This document shows, piece after piece, positions 10,901-44,875 of a stretch of DNA of 64,000 bases; within the stretch, counting starts at the first letter, position 1; each line of letters begins with the position of its first letter. This DNA is from Macrostomum lignano (lineage: Eukaryota): the NCBI GenBank assembly GCA_002269645.1, contig NIVC01000212.1, positions 124,001 through 188,000 of the forward strand, written 5' to 3'. Below the pieces are notes generated by a model that was given only the letters and a program-made list of their open reading frames with translations, was not told the DNA's origin and made no database searches. Made by a program: the position numbers and the translations under genes.

Positions 10901-13900
10901 TTAAGTTCACATGAAATCCCCATTTTTCCCCATTTATCCCATTCAGGGAGACCAAATGATAGAGAGATGCGGTTTTTAACGATTCTTGTCTCATTGTCGG
11001 TCTAGTAGAGAGATCCGATAGAGAAACCGGCTCAATCGGCCACCGCTTCCATTTCAGAGCCTTAAGTTCACATGAAATCCCCATTTTTCCCCATTTATCC
11101 CATTCAGGGAGACCAAATGATAGAGAGATGCGGTTTTTAACGATTCTTGTCTCATTGTCGGTCCAGTAGAGAGATCCGATAGAGAAACCGGCTCAATCGG
11201 CCACCGCTTCCATTTCAGAGCCTTAAGTTCACATGAAATCCCCATTTCCCCATTTATCCCATTCAGGGAGACCAAATGATAGAGAGATGCGGTTTTTAAC
11301 GATTCTTGTCTCATTGTCGGTCTAGTAGAGAGATCCGATAGAGAAACCGGCTCAATCGGCCACCGCTTCCATTTCAGAGCCTTAAGTTCACATGAAATCC
11401 CCATTTTTCCCCATTTATCCCATTCAGGGAGACCAAATGATAGAGAGATGCGGTTTTTAACGATTCTTGTCTCATTGTCGGTCCAGTAGAGAGATCCGAT
11501 AGAGAAACCGGCTCAATCGGCCACCGCTTCCATTTCAGAGCCTTAAGTTCACATGAAATCCCCATTTCCCCATTTATCCCATTCAGGGAGACCAAATGAT
11601 AGAGAGATGCGGTTTTTAACGATTCTTGTCTCATTGTCGGTCTAGTAGAGAGATCCGATAGAGAAACCGGCTCAATCGGCCACCGCTTCCATTTCAGAGC
11701 CTTAAGTTCACATGAAATCCCCATTTCCCCATTTATCCCATTCAGGGAGACCAAATGATAGAGAGATGCGGTTTTTAACGATTCTTGTCTCATTGTCGGT
11801 CCAGTAGAGAGATCCGATAGAGAAACCGGCTCAATCGGCCACCGCTTCCATTTCAGAGCCTTAAGTTCACATGAAATCCCCATTTCCCCATTTATCCCAT
11901 TCAGGGAGACCAAATGATAGAGAGATGCGGTTTTTAACGATTCTTGTCTCATTGTCGGTCCAGTAGAGAGATCCGATAGAGAAACCGGCTCAATCGGCCA
12001 CCGCTTCCATTTCAGAGCCTTAAGTTCACATGAAATCCCCATTTTTCCCCATTTATCCCATTCAGGGAGACCAAATGATAGAGAGATGCGGTTTTTAACG
12101 ATTCTTGTCTCATTGTCGGTCCAGTAGAGAGATCCGATAGAGAAACCGGCTCAATCGGCCACCGCTTCCATTTCAGAGCCTTAAGTTCACATGAAATCCC
12201 CATTTTTCCCCATTTATCCCATTCAGGGAGACCAAATGATAGAGAGATGCGGTTTTTAACGATTCTTGTCTCATTGTCGGTCCAGTAGAGAGATCCGATA
12301 GAGAAACCGGCTCAATCGGCCACCGCTTCCATTTCAGAGCCTTAAGTTCACATGAAATCCTCATTTCCCCATTTATCCCATGCGGAAGCGGCCGGAGTGG
12401 AAGAAAGATCAATTACGCTTTTCTTGTCTATTTTGGGTCTGAATAGTGAGAATTTCGCAGCGGTTTGGTTGCCTGACTCACGGCTTCCAAATCGCGCTTA
12501 AGTTCACATCCTCTTTCTGCATTCGTCACTGCAGTACAACCAACCAACCATCGTTCAAAGATCGTGAGTTTTACGACCATTCAAAACCAGACGTCAAGCT
12601 TAAAACATTTCAAAAGCCAAGCACACAGATTCCTGCACAGGCACACATACATGTAGAGGAATCGAACCCAGGGCCTAGGGGTTTAATCGGAATCTCTCTT
12701 ACCTGAGCGTTGCCAGCCGACGTTAAGCTTTCCTTGTACTTTGTCTCAATGTAGCTGTTTAGTCTTGGCTCCAGTTGCTTAGCAACCCGTCGCGCGTTAG
12801 ACCAATCCTCGGCGCTGATGTAGGCGTCCACGCACTCTTGGACCATCTCAACGCGCAGGTAGACCTCGGCTGCGTCCGCGTGACGCCCGATCGATTTCAG
12901 CCGGTTGGCAACAATGTCTACCACTTTTTCGTGCTTGTCGGCGCTGAGGAATTTCACGGCGAGGTCGGCGGCTTTGCGCCAGGCGCCTGCCAGCATCGAC
13001 TCGTCGTTCGTGACGTCGGTTGTGAGCTTCAGGTACATCTCCACCGCTTTTAGGTGGTTACCAGAGGCCTCGTATTGTTTGGCCTCTCTAATCAGATTCT
13101 GGATGCCGTCCGCTTTCTGGGTGGTGGCCTCGTACTCGAGCTCCTCCTGTGGTTCGGGCGGCGACAGTCGATAAAAAGGATTAAACGTATTGTCAGACAG
13201 AAATGCAAGAAACTGACAACTCTAGGAATTGACAGACACTGACACAGCTTGGTAGGGATTGACAGACACTGACACAGCTTGGTAGGAATAGACAGACACT
13301 GACACAGCTTGGTAGGAATAGACAGACACTGACACAGCTTGGTAGGGATTGACAGACACTGACACAGCTTGGTAGGAATAGACAGACACTGACACAGCTT
13401 GGTAGGGATTGACAGACACTGATGCAGCTTGGTAGAGATTGACAGGCACTGACACAGCTTGGTAGGGATTGATAGACACTGATGCAGCTTGGTAGGGATT
13501 GAAAGGCACTGATACAGCTCGGCAGGAACTAACCGACACTGACACAGCTTTTTAGAGATTTATAGACACTGACACATCTTGTTAAGAATAGACAGACAAT
13601 GATACAGCTTGGTAGGAACTGACAGACTCTGACACAGCCAAAGATGATAGGACATACAGGCAGAGACACAGCTGTGGAGGCAACTCACAGAGAGCTGGGC
13701 CAGTTTATGGGGCAGGTACTCTTTGCACACTCGCAACGCGTCCGTCTTCATGCCGGCCTCTTTGTAGAATTTCACGGCCAATTCCGGTCGTTCCGCCCGC
13801 AACAGCAGCGCCTCGGCCTTCTGGAACTCCTTCTCTTCGAATGCTAGACGAGCCTGACCGGCCAGGATGTCAGGGATCGAGCCCTTGTCGTGCTTCTCCG

Positions 13901-16900
13901 CTACGCGTCTTGCCGCGTCCCAGTTACGAGCGTGCACGTGCATGAGCACAGCCTCCTTGGGCTTGTTAGCCTTGATGAAGTGCTCCTCAGCCTCGGCAAA
14001 TTTGCCTTCGTCTTCCAAAAACATGGCGTACTTTAAGTGTATCTCGGGCGTCTTATGCTGCATGAGATTCTTTGATAGTTCGAAAGCGAAGTCGAAAGCC
14101 GAGTTCTCGATGGCGGTGTCGATGGCCGATTCCAACAGGCCGAATCTGAAGGATGGTTTTATGCAGCAAGGCTTCTATAGGAGGACCTTATTTAAAACTT
14201 GAAACATTAAGGGCACTTAAATGCAAGGCACAAATGCAGACAAAAAATCTGCAAACAGGCACGATTTCTTATTAATAGAGGCCTGTGCACCCTGGCACAC
14301 TTAAAGCGACATTGTCACACAACCGGCGAGAGGCATTACTGCCCATTCCACCGACTCCCCTGAGCAGGCACACACTCGCACAGGAGTGTAAAGCGGCTCT
14401 AACTTATTTATTGCTAGGCATGGACAACTGCACTGAGTCTTGGGGTTTGGGCCTCACGGCCGTTAATTGCACGAGCAGAGCCAAGCCGAGATTCCAATTT
14501 AGCCCAAAATTAATGTGACTGCACTTGGAATCGAGCCTGGGACCGCTGGCACATCAGAGCGGCGCGCTAGACTACTGGGCTACGGCCCCCCTAGTAAGGA
14601 CGATAAGAAGTACAAACAGACAGACTCGGCATCCACCATACCTAGTAAGCAGCTTAACTGCCGACTCTCCGCCCAGGTGCCTGGCCCAATAATAGGCCAC
14701 CTGCTTGGCCGCCGGTCCCTCGCCGTGATTCTTAGCCACCCTGTAGGCGTCCTCCCACATGTCCAGCTGGCGGTACATCTTCACGGCGGCCTTCCAATCG
14801 CCGGCTTCCAAGAAGAACTGCTCCGCCTGCCTGTGGTTGCCCTCTTCGGCCAGCTGGGCTGCTACGGCCGCCTAAAAAGTTATTATCAAAATATTTTTGA
14901 TAGAGTTACGAGTACCAAGAAAATTGTCAGATTCAAACAGTTGTCTCTTTCGTCTTATATGGTCTTGTAAACTTGAAAGGCGATCTAAACGGTTAGTACG
15001 GAAGGAAGTCCTACCGCGACACCATGGAAAAAGAGAGAAGGGAGAAATCGAAAAAGAAGGAAAAACAGATGACAGTCTCATATAGGGTCGTTACTTTACC
15101 TGAGTTTGCGCCAGATTAGCAGGATCGTGCTGTCGCACTAGACGCATCGTGTCATGGTGCATTCGAGCATTTCTGTACATCCGGATGGCTCGATCTACCT
15201 GGCCAATAGTGAGGAAAAGTTTCTCGGCCTCCTTGTACCTGCCGGCTGCTTCGGCCTCGTCAGCCTGTTTAGTGTACATCTGGCTGAACTCGTGCCGGTC
15301 CATGTGGCTGTTCGCCAGCCGGTGCGCATCCTCCAGCCTGCCAGCGTCCGTGTACATGGCGATTGCCTGCTTCACATTGCCAGCTTGAACGTACATCTGC
15401 TCGGCGATGTCAAGCTCCATTGTGGAAGCAAAATGGATGGCCAACTTTTCGTAGTAGGGCTTCAAATTTGGCGCGTCGCCCATGTTGCGCAGAATCTCTA
15501 CCGCCTGCGAAGTGTTGAAGTGGAGTAATGCATTCTCAGAGACGCCGCTTTATCAGCATGTACAATCCTGACGTGACCTTAAATCTTACTTCATATCGTG
15601 CAGCTGTACTTAACACTAAATGGGCCAGTTTATAGATAAACTAGTTATGAAGTCATTTACAATCGTAGGCGTAATTTTTAGTTTTTTTCTAACGAATTTC
15701 CAATTTACAAAAAGTGATTTCCAGGTTAAATTTGACGTCTAATCGCAAAATTCGGCCGTGATTCGCTCGCAATAAGCCGGAAAGAGAGTAAACTTAAAAT
15801 TGAATCTCTCTAAAATAATTACGATGCTAATCGTAATAATTTAATAATAACAATAATTGATTACATCTGTATTAATGCGGCAACCGGACAGCTCAGCTGC
15901 AGCTATTGCGCGGCGCATCTGAAGGCTGCGTACGGCTGTTCAGTCCAAGGACTGGGGGGGAGGGGTCGTCACACACAGCCTCAATTACCCCAGCTAATGC
16001 TGGCACCCATTTTACAGCTGGGTGAACTGAAGCAATGTAGAGTTAAGTGTCTCGCACAAAGGATACAAAGTGTCCCATGTGGAATCAGGAATCGAATCCC
16101 CGACCTTCAAGTCGTGAGTCCGACGCTCTGACCACCAAGGCTACAAGCCCCTCTATTTCATTTTCTCTATGCGTTTCATAGATAGCGGTTGGTTTCTGGC
16201 CATTTGGTATTTCCAGAGCATTTTAACTAGGCTTCTCAAGTGGACCTATACTACATACCTTGAGCCACTGTCGCGATCCAATAGCAGCGTCCACAGCTTT
16301 GGTGTAAACTCCGGCCTCGATAAAGTGCTGTACAGCAGCGTCCATCTGTTTCTGCATGGCCAGGTAGTTGCCCCATTCCTCCTCCAGGCGGACCACCTCG
16401 GAAGGGTAGGCGTGCCGCGCCAAGTCCACGGCTCGAAGAAACGCCTTAGCGCGCCTGTAGCACTTCATAGCCTCAGTATTGTTGCCGATGCGTTCGAATA
16501 GTTCGCCAGCTTTTTCAAACAGTTCGGCCCGTTCTAAAGCGGTCGCGATGCGGCTCATCAGGTCGTTGTTCGAGCGCAGCTCGTCGCGACTCAAAGCCAG
16601 CTGGGCGGCCCGGCCGGGCAGACCGGATTTCAGGTAGAAAGCGATGGCGCCTTGGTAATCGCCTTCGCGCTCTTTCATCTCGCCGACCTGCGTTCGGGTT
16701 TTAGTTGTAAGAAAGTTATATTATGCTTCCTAAACTGAACTGGAATTCCTTTTGTGCGTATTCGGAATCGGCGTGATTCAGATGTTGGAGGCGTCACTCC
16801 TTTTGCCATTTTATTTGACTTAAACTACCTACAGTAGTGTGATGCGGAACATATTTCCAATAAAGTCTCAAGGCTTGGCAGAAAGTGAAATTTATTTAGC

Positions 16901-19492
16901 TGCCCTACATCAGACATCTGTGCATTCTACCTTCTTACCTTCTCTTCCTGATTGGTCCGGCTCAGCCAATCCAAGTAGCCTTTCTTGAGCTGCTCCAGCT
17001 CGGGATGATTTTTCACCATTGCCACCTCAAGAGCCAGCTCCCAGCGTTGCATAGACTTGTACATCTCGATAGCCTCGTCAACTGCGTTCTGTTCCAGATA
17101 AATCTGCTCGGCCCGCTTGAAGTCTCTGTCCAGCAGGGCCAGTTTTGCCTGCACTTGGTAGTGCAGCAGCGGGTCCGGCTCGCCCTCCGCTGCCAGCCGT
17201 TGCACCAGCTCGTCCACCTGTTTTGTTGTGTAGCAAGCACTGGAAACCTAATTTCATCGCAATAGAAACATAATTTTAGTTTTTTAACAACTACACAGCT
17301 TACCTGTCGCAGGTAGCGGGCTTTGCAAACATCGCCAAGCGCCGCGTAGGACCTTTCAGCGACTGTCACGGAGCCAGCACGCAATGCCGCGTCTGCCAGC
17401 GTCTTCCACATTGTCTCAACCTCCGGCGATTGCTCCTGCGACTCCAGGAAAGCCGCAGCCCTGCCAAAATCGCCGTCGTCCATTGAAGTGCCGAACTCGA
17501 TCAGGTCCTCGTCCAGCATGTAATTCACCGAGGCGGCGCCATCGCGCACGATCACGTTGGTCTTGCCGTCCAGGCGCTCCACACCGATGATGTCACCTTT
17601 TAATGGCAGGCTGGTGATACGATCTGGAGAGTCCACATTGTACCAGATGCACAGGGTGTCCCGGCTCTGGGCGACCACCACGTCGCTACCTGGCACCCAC
17701 TGCACATAGGAGCAATAGTTGAGTAGGGCGATCCGCTCGCTTGAATCAACGTCGTAGAGGAACAGGCGCAGTTTCTTGTCTCTGAACAGCAGCTTCCGGC
17801 TAGTCTCATTCAACTCCAGCCAATGAACTTTCACATCGTGATCCACCTGGCCGATGGTGCATTGCCGATCTAGGTCAAAGATGCAAACAGTCTTGAGGTC
17901 CATCAGGTAGGCCAGCTTCCGGTTTGAGCTCACGTTCAGCTGTTTTCGTTCGTTGATTCTTACGCTGATCAGATGCGGATTAAAGTTCTCGGTGCGTACC
18001 GAGCCCAGAACCTGATGCTGGCCGTATTCGATCATTGACAGAGTGCTGTCGTGAAAGATCACGCACACGTTTTCGTAGTCGAATAAAAACTTCTCGTTGC
18101 CGACTCCTGTCCATGGAACTTCGCTAACGCGTTCGTTTTTGATGTCGGCGATGATTAGTGTCTCCGTAGTGTACGCGATAAGGTACTTGTCATTTCCCAT
18201 CACCTTTATTTAAAGAATTGATTGTTATGTTAAGTTTAATTTATAGCTGTTGGGAAAAATTAAGTTTGAGAACCTTCTGCTGCATCTATCTATACGTCTA
18301 TCTATCAGTGTAAAAATCACAGCAGTGCACAAGTAAGCAGCTGGTGAGCCAATACTAGAGTAGGACTTCTGGGGATTCATTTATCATTTACACAAATCAC
18401 TGAACTCACTTTTAAATCGTTGACCTCGCAGCCGTAGTGACTTTTGATGACAATTTTTCTACCAGTTTTCATCTCCGTCACCAGCACCTGACTTGGTCCA
18501 ACGTATTTCACGTCGAACTTGTCCTTGTACACGGCTCGCCTTGTCGAACAGTCAAACACATCAACCGCGCCGCAGAGACTGCCGCTGGCGATTCGAGATC
18601 CATCGCGGCGCCAAGCTAGGGCCGTCACCGTGTACAGATTATCGATCTCGGTAGCTGCACCCTCCTCCCAGGTGCCTTTGCTCGGGCTCCAGTTTAGCAG
18701 TCGAATCCGATTGAATGAGCCAACAACCACTGTCTGACCGCTGGGACTGCAGCAGGCCACCGTGAATTCTTTCTCGTTGTCGTCGCGAGAATAGTCGAAC
18801 TGCTGCAAAGGCCGACCTTCGCGCGTGTAGGCGTAGATTCGCTTGTCGGAGCCGGCCGCTACCACTGTGGCGCCGGCCCAGCACAGGGCGTAGGGCGCGC
18901 TCGGATGGACGCAAAGCTTACCAGACGTCTCCCCGGTGCCTTCGTCTTCGAAAAAGTAGCGCACAATCTGACCGTCCGCATGCCCAGAGACGAAACCCTT
19001 GCCGGAGAGATTGGACGCCAGGCTCACCACCAGAGATTCGCTGCTGTAGAGCGTGCTGGACTTGTTGTTCCGCGTGTTCGCCAGCCGGACTTTACCCTCG
19101 GCTAAGCCAAAGATAATCTGCTGCTCCGGGGGCCAGATCATGGCTGTGACAGCCGACTGCTGCGGAAATTTGTTGCAGATAACTTTCTTGTCGCCCCAGT
19201 TTTCGCCAATCTTGTACACGTAGATAATGTTGTCGGTCTGGGCTACGGCCAGCTTAGCCGAGTCCGGGCCGAATGCGATCGCGGTCACGTGATAGCTGTT
19301 CTTGCTGTACTTGGAGTCGCTCGGCTTAGTGGCAAATTTGTCCTTCCGTTCGCCGCTATCATCGTAGAGTTGGATGACCCGCTCGCTGGTACAGATGGCC
19401 AACTTCTTGCCGTTGGGCGAGAAAGCCAAACAAGCTATTCTAGCAGATCCTTCTGCTGGTTGGTGAATTGTCTTTAAATGCTTTAAGCGCAT
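4991..19492 (-). CDS. IFT172: Intraflagellar transport protein 172, 11 exons, 1751 aa
   Basis: Exons (-): 19492-18410, 18203-17304, 17217-16939, 16687-16259, 15504-15100, 14871-14642, 14145-13689, 13146-12703, 6780-6368, 6154-5854, 5305-4991; GT-AG with consistent phases, total 5256 nt. N-terminal WD40 (MRLKHLKT...KDKFATKP...[11 protein letters not shown]), TPR/CHCR-like repeats and C-terminal [10 protein letters not shown] match IFT172. Confidence 0.97.
5365..5780. repeat. ~20-bp minisatellite (TTGAATCCAGGCTACACCC-like) in IFT172 intron 10
   Basis: About 20 tandem units drifting from CCAGGCTACACCC to CCAAACTGCACCCC. Confidence 0.92.
7080..7570 (+). mobile_element. Degenerate 3' fragment of a non-LTR retrotransposon (RTE-like RT C-terminus)
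   Basis: Broken frames give [41 protein letters not shown], resembling the post-RT region of RTE-type LINEs; ends at TTCTAATAAA. Confidence 0.5.
7647..9356 (+). repeat. Left inverted arm: terminal tip plus 10 tandem 160-161-bp units
   Basis: ATGTGAACTTAAGG recurs every ~160 bp from ~7807 to ~9249; last unit partial. Confidence 0.95.
9357..10923 (-). pseudogene. ISL2EU/Harbinger-like DDE transposase (DDE_Tnp_4 type), frameshifted near the 3' end and truncated by the repeat arms
   Basis: [29 protein letters not shown] (D1), IFDRGY (D2), [13 protein letters not shown] (E). Three copies of an 8-bp unit at ~9587-9614 shift the frame relative to the ORF 9156-9566. Confidence 0.8.
10822..12513 (-). 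repeat. Right inverted arm: 10 tandem 160-161-bp units plus terminal tip
   Basis: Reverse complement of the left arm; CCTTAAGTTCACAT recurs every ~160 bp from ~10900 to ~12341. Confidence 0.95.
13225..13640. repeat. 30-bp minisatellite (GACAGACACTGACACAGCTTGGTAGGGATT)n in IFT172 intron 7
   Basis: About 13 tandem units. Confidence 0.93.
14280..14591 (-). mobile_element. tRNA-derived SINE family 2, copy A (IFT172 intron 6)
   Basis: Minus-strand head GGGGGGCCGTAGCCCAGTAG..GGCTCGATTCC (A/B-box-like); similar copy at 39270-39606. Confidence 0.7.
15919..16151 (-). mobile_element. tRNA-derived CORE-like SINE, copy 2 (IFT172 intron 4)
   Basis: Minus-strand head GGGGCTTGTAGCCTTGGTGGTCAGAGCGTCGG..GATTCGATTCC, followed by the same CORE-like body as 829-1039. 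Confidence 0.7.
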
Positions 19493-20652
19493 TCTTGATT
19501 TTTGTCAACTACACTGTCGAGCTGAAGTGACGAAGTTTATTTTATATCGTTCAGATGCTGCTATTGAGTATTTTTTCTTGAGACTGTGTAAGCACTTATA
19601 TTGCATTTGTCTGCTAAACAGGATTTGACGACAGCCTCAGACAGACGGTTACTTGCTTTTTATCCCGTGTTTAATTAATAATTATTGACATTACTAAAGC
19701 GATTTTATTCTGAGACCAACCCTGAAGTAGCCAATGTGTCCTTTTTGGAAACCATAAAAAAATCGCATACTTATTACTTTTGATAAACAGCGATTAAAGT
19801 AGCTAAAGTATCGCAAATAGGAAATTTTTGTTTTTTCTGATATACGGATCATTGTTTAGAGCTATTTCTGGATGAAAAAATATCAAGCCTGATTTAATGT
19901 TAATGATTCCATAACTTTACAGTAATCAGTTATTTTGTCCTCTTCCTATCTGTAAATATCAGCAAAAGCTCATCGCTTACATATTATACAGATACGCTAA
20001 TACATATATTTAGCTATATTCATGACCATGTGACTAATTTGTTGCTTTGAGTAAAGAGTCTAATTCATGCAACTAAATTTTAACCTAAGACAGATAGACA
20101 GATAGTTTTGTACTACTAAGAAAAGATAAATATATAATTTTTATTTGTTTATTATTATCAATCAATTACTTCTACTCTATCTATATCTGTACCTAGAACC
20201 TTGACTATATAAATGAATAATAATGTACTTGTAAGCCCATCCCTAAGTTAATCAATGCTATTTGCGTAACTAGTAAGTACACACTGTCACTGAAGTGCAG
20301 TTATAGGGAATCATTCAAGTTAATAGGTAGTGAATGTCTGAGATGTAAAATGGAAAGGAATTTTAATGTTAAAAAGCAAAGACAATGCTTCAAGTCTTAA
20401 ACATTTATCAAAAATTAACTTAGCACAGTGTAAAAGTTTTTGTTTTTGTTTAACAAAATTATTAATAAATAGTTATTTACACCCATACTATGTAAAAACA
20501 GAAAATCTTTGTTTAACTGCTTATATAATTTTGAAAAGCGTTCATTTATTTAAAACAGTGAGCTCAGCCAGCCAGCTCTCAAAACTCGTAAGTCTCGTTT
20601 AAACTGTGGTGGTCCTCTATCAAACTGACACACGTGCATACTCACATAAAAA

Positions 20653-43457
<22,805 letters not shown>

Positions 43458-44514
43458 CATTTCTAGCTACATTAAAATTCATATTTCCCGTTGAATTTAG
43501 TGACAATTAACTGAAAGACATCTGAGAGGTATTTAGCACGCCTGTTAGAAAAACAAGTTGACTGATCTATTATTTAAATCAGTAATTAATAAGCTTGCAT
43601 ACGTTTCATATTAATGTGTATTTACAAATCCTGTTTTAGTTTCTATACGTCTACTAATTGAGCCTTCTCCCTTGTTAGAAAAATGTGTTGGATTACTGCA
43701 GTAAAGTAACATCATTTGTGCAGTGAAATAGATATAGATTAACTAAAAAACCGAGCGTGTAAATTAAAATACATTAGCGTTGTTAACTTACTTCGCTGAA
43801 TTAAAAAGTCACTTCTTTATAGCTTAATTTTATTAACGCATCGTTGTTTTCTATTATTATTATTTTTCTGCTTTTACGCTCGTACTATAAGTAGGTTGTT
43901 AAGAAAGTCTATTTTTGTAGAATTTCGAGCTACCGGCCGGACTTGTCTAAATCTTGAAATGGTGAGTTCAACGAAATTTTTTGTCCTAATTAAATTAGCT
44001 TTTTTAAATGATGTCTGGTATTCGTACTGTCTGAGTTTTTCGTGCTGAGTACAAAGCTAATATGCTACTGACTATTGTGTAAGAAAGAATATTTACATAG
44101 ACGATTAAAAAAGCAGCTGGTTGTCAAGCGGTTAACTTTACCATTTTCCACCCCTTTCATTATCACTATTTTAGTTCAACATTAAAAGCGGTGAACAATC
44201 AATTCAAAATGCCTGTGAGTATCAATAATTTGTCATGTCTCTTTCTTAAGACTAAGATAAAGTTATTACATGTTATTTTAAAAGCTGCTTGACATGATGT
44301 CTCTGATTGTATTCGTACTGTCTGATTTTACAGACTTGAAGATATTGATTCAATAGACAAATCTGATTTTTTAAACCGTATATAGTACTTGCAGTACTTT
44401 TTATTGTAAAATTGACATTACAGCACTGATAATATTTTTTGTAAACATTTTTTAGGATCGACAGTACGTCTGCATGTAATCCGTTTGTCGGCGCCTGGTT
44501 AAAGTAAGTCAGTG

Positions 44515-44875
44515 TATATTGTAGTCCAGTTTCTATTAAACACGTACAGTCAGTCTATACTGTAGTGCAGTTTCTATTAAACACATGTACAGTCAGTCTA
44601 TATTGTAGTGCAGTTTCTATTAAACACATGTACAGTCAGTCTATTTTGTAGTGCAGTTTCTATTAAACACATTTACAGTCAGTCTATATTGTAGTGCAGT
44701 TTCTATTAAACACATTTAAAGTCAGTCTATATTGTAGTGCAGTTTCAATTAAACACATGTACAGTCAGTCTATTTTGTAGTGCAGTTTCAATTAAACACA
44801 TTTACAGTCAGTCTATATTGTAGTGCAGTTTCTATTAAACACACGTACAGTCAGTCTATATTGTAGTGCAGTTTC
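44515..44875. repeat. ~39-bp minisatellite (ACACATGTACAGTCAGTCTATATTGTAGTGCAGTTTCTATTAA-like)
   Basis: About 9 tandem units, with one further copy near 45070-45120. Confidence 0.9.

Larger units (their letters stand above)
7647..12513. mobile_element. Foldback-like DNA transposon of the PIF-Harbinger/ISL2EU/Spy (PHIS) group with ~1.7-kb modular inverted arms
   Basis: Termini GAGGATGTGAACTTAAGCGCG.. and ..CGCGCTTAAGTTCACATCCTC; ~134-bp unique tips plus ten ~160-bp units per arm; internal DDE transposase; flanks AAA (7644-7646) and TTT (12514-12516). Confidence 0.85.

Noticed and set aside
7780-12380. The 160-bp arrays, and also the 41-bp and 53-bp arrays, as CRISPR-like loci
   Set aside because: Units are head-to-tail and near identical with no unique spacers; no cas genes; eukaryotic intronic context.
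7748-12412. Many [15 protein letters not shown].. ORFs as a peptide gene family
   Set aside because: They are translations of the tandem unit, started or ended by A-run length variation; no independent coding evidence.
14520-16151. tRNA genes at the SINE heads (also ~39530-39606)
   Set aside because: A/B boxes are present but the cloverleaf is imperfect and each head continues into a shared SINE body.
43900-44510. Short plus-strand segments bounded by AG and GT as exons of another gene
   Set aside because: The phases could not be joined into an open frame and no homology was recognised.
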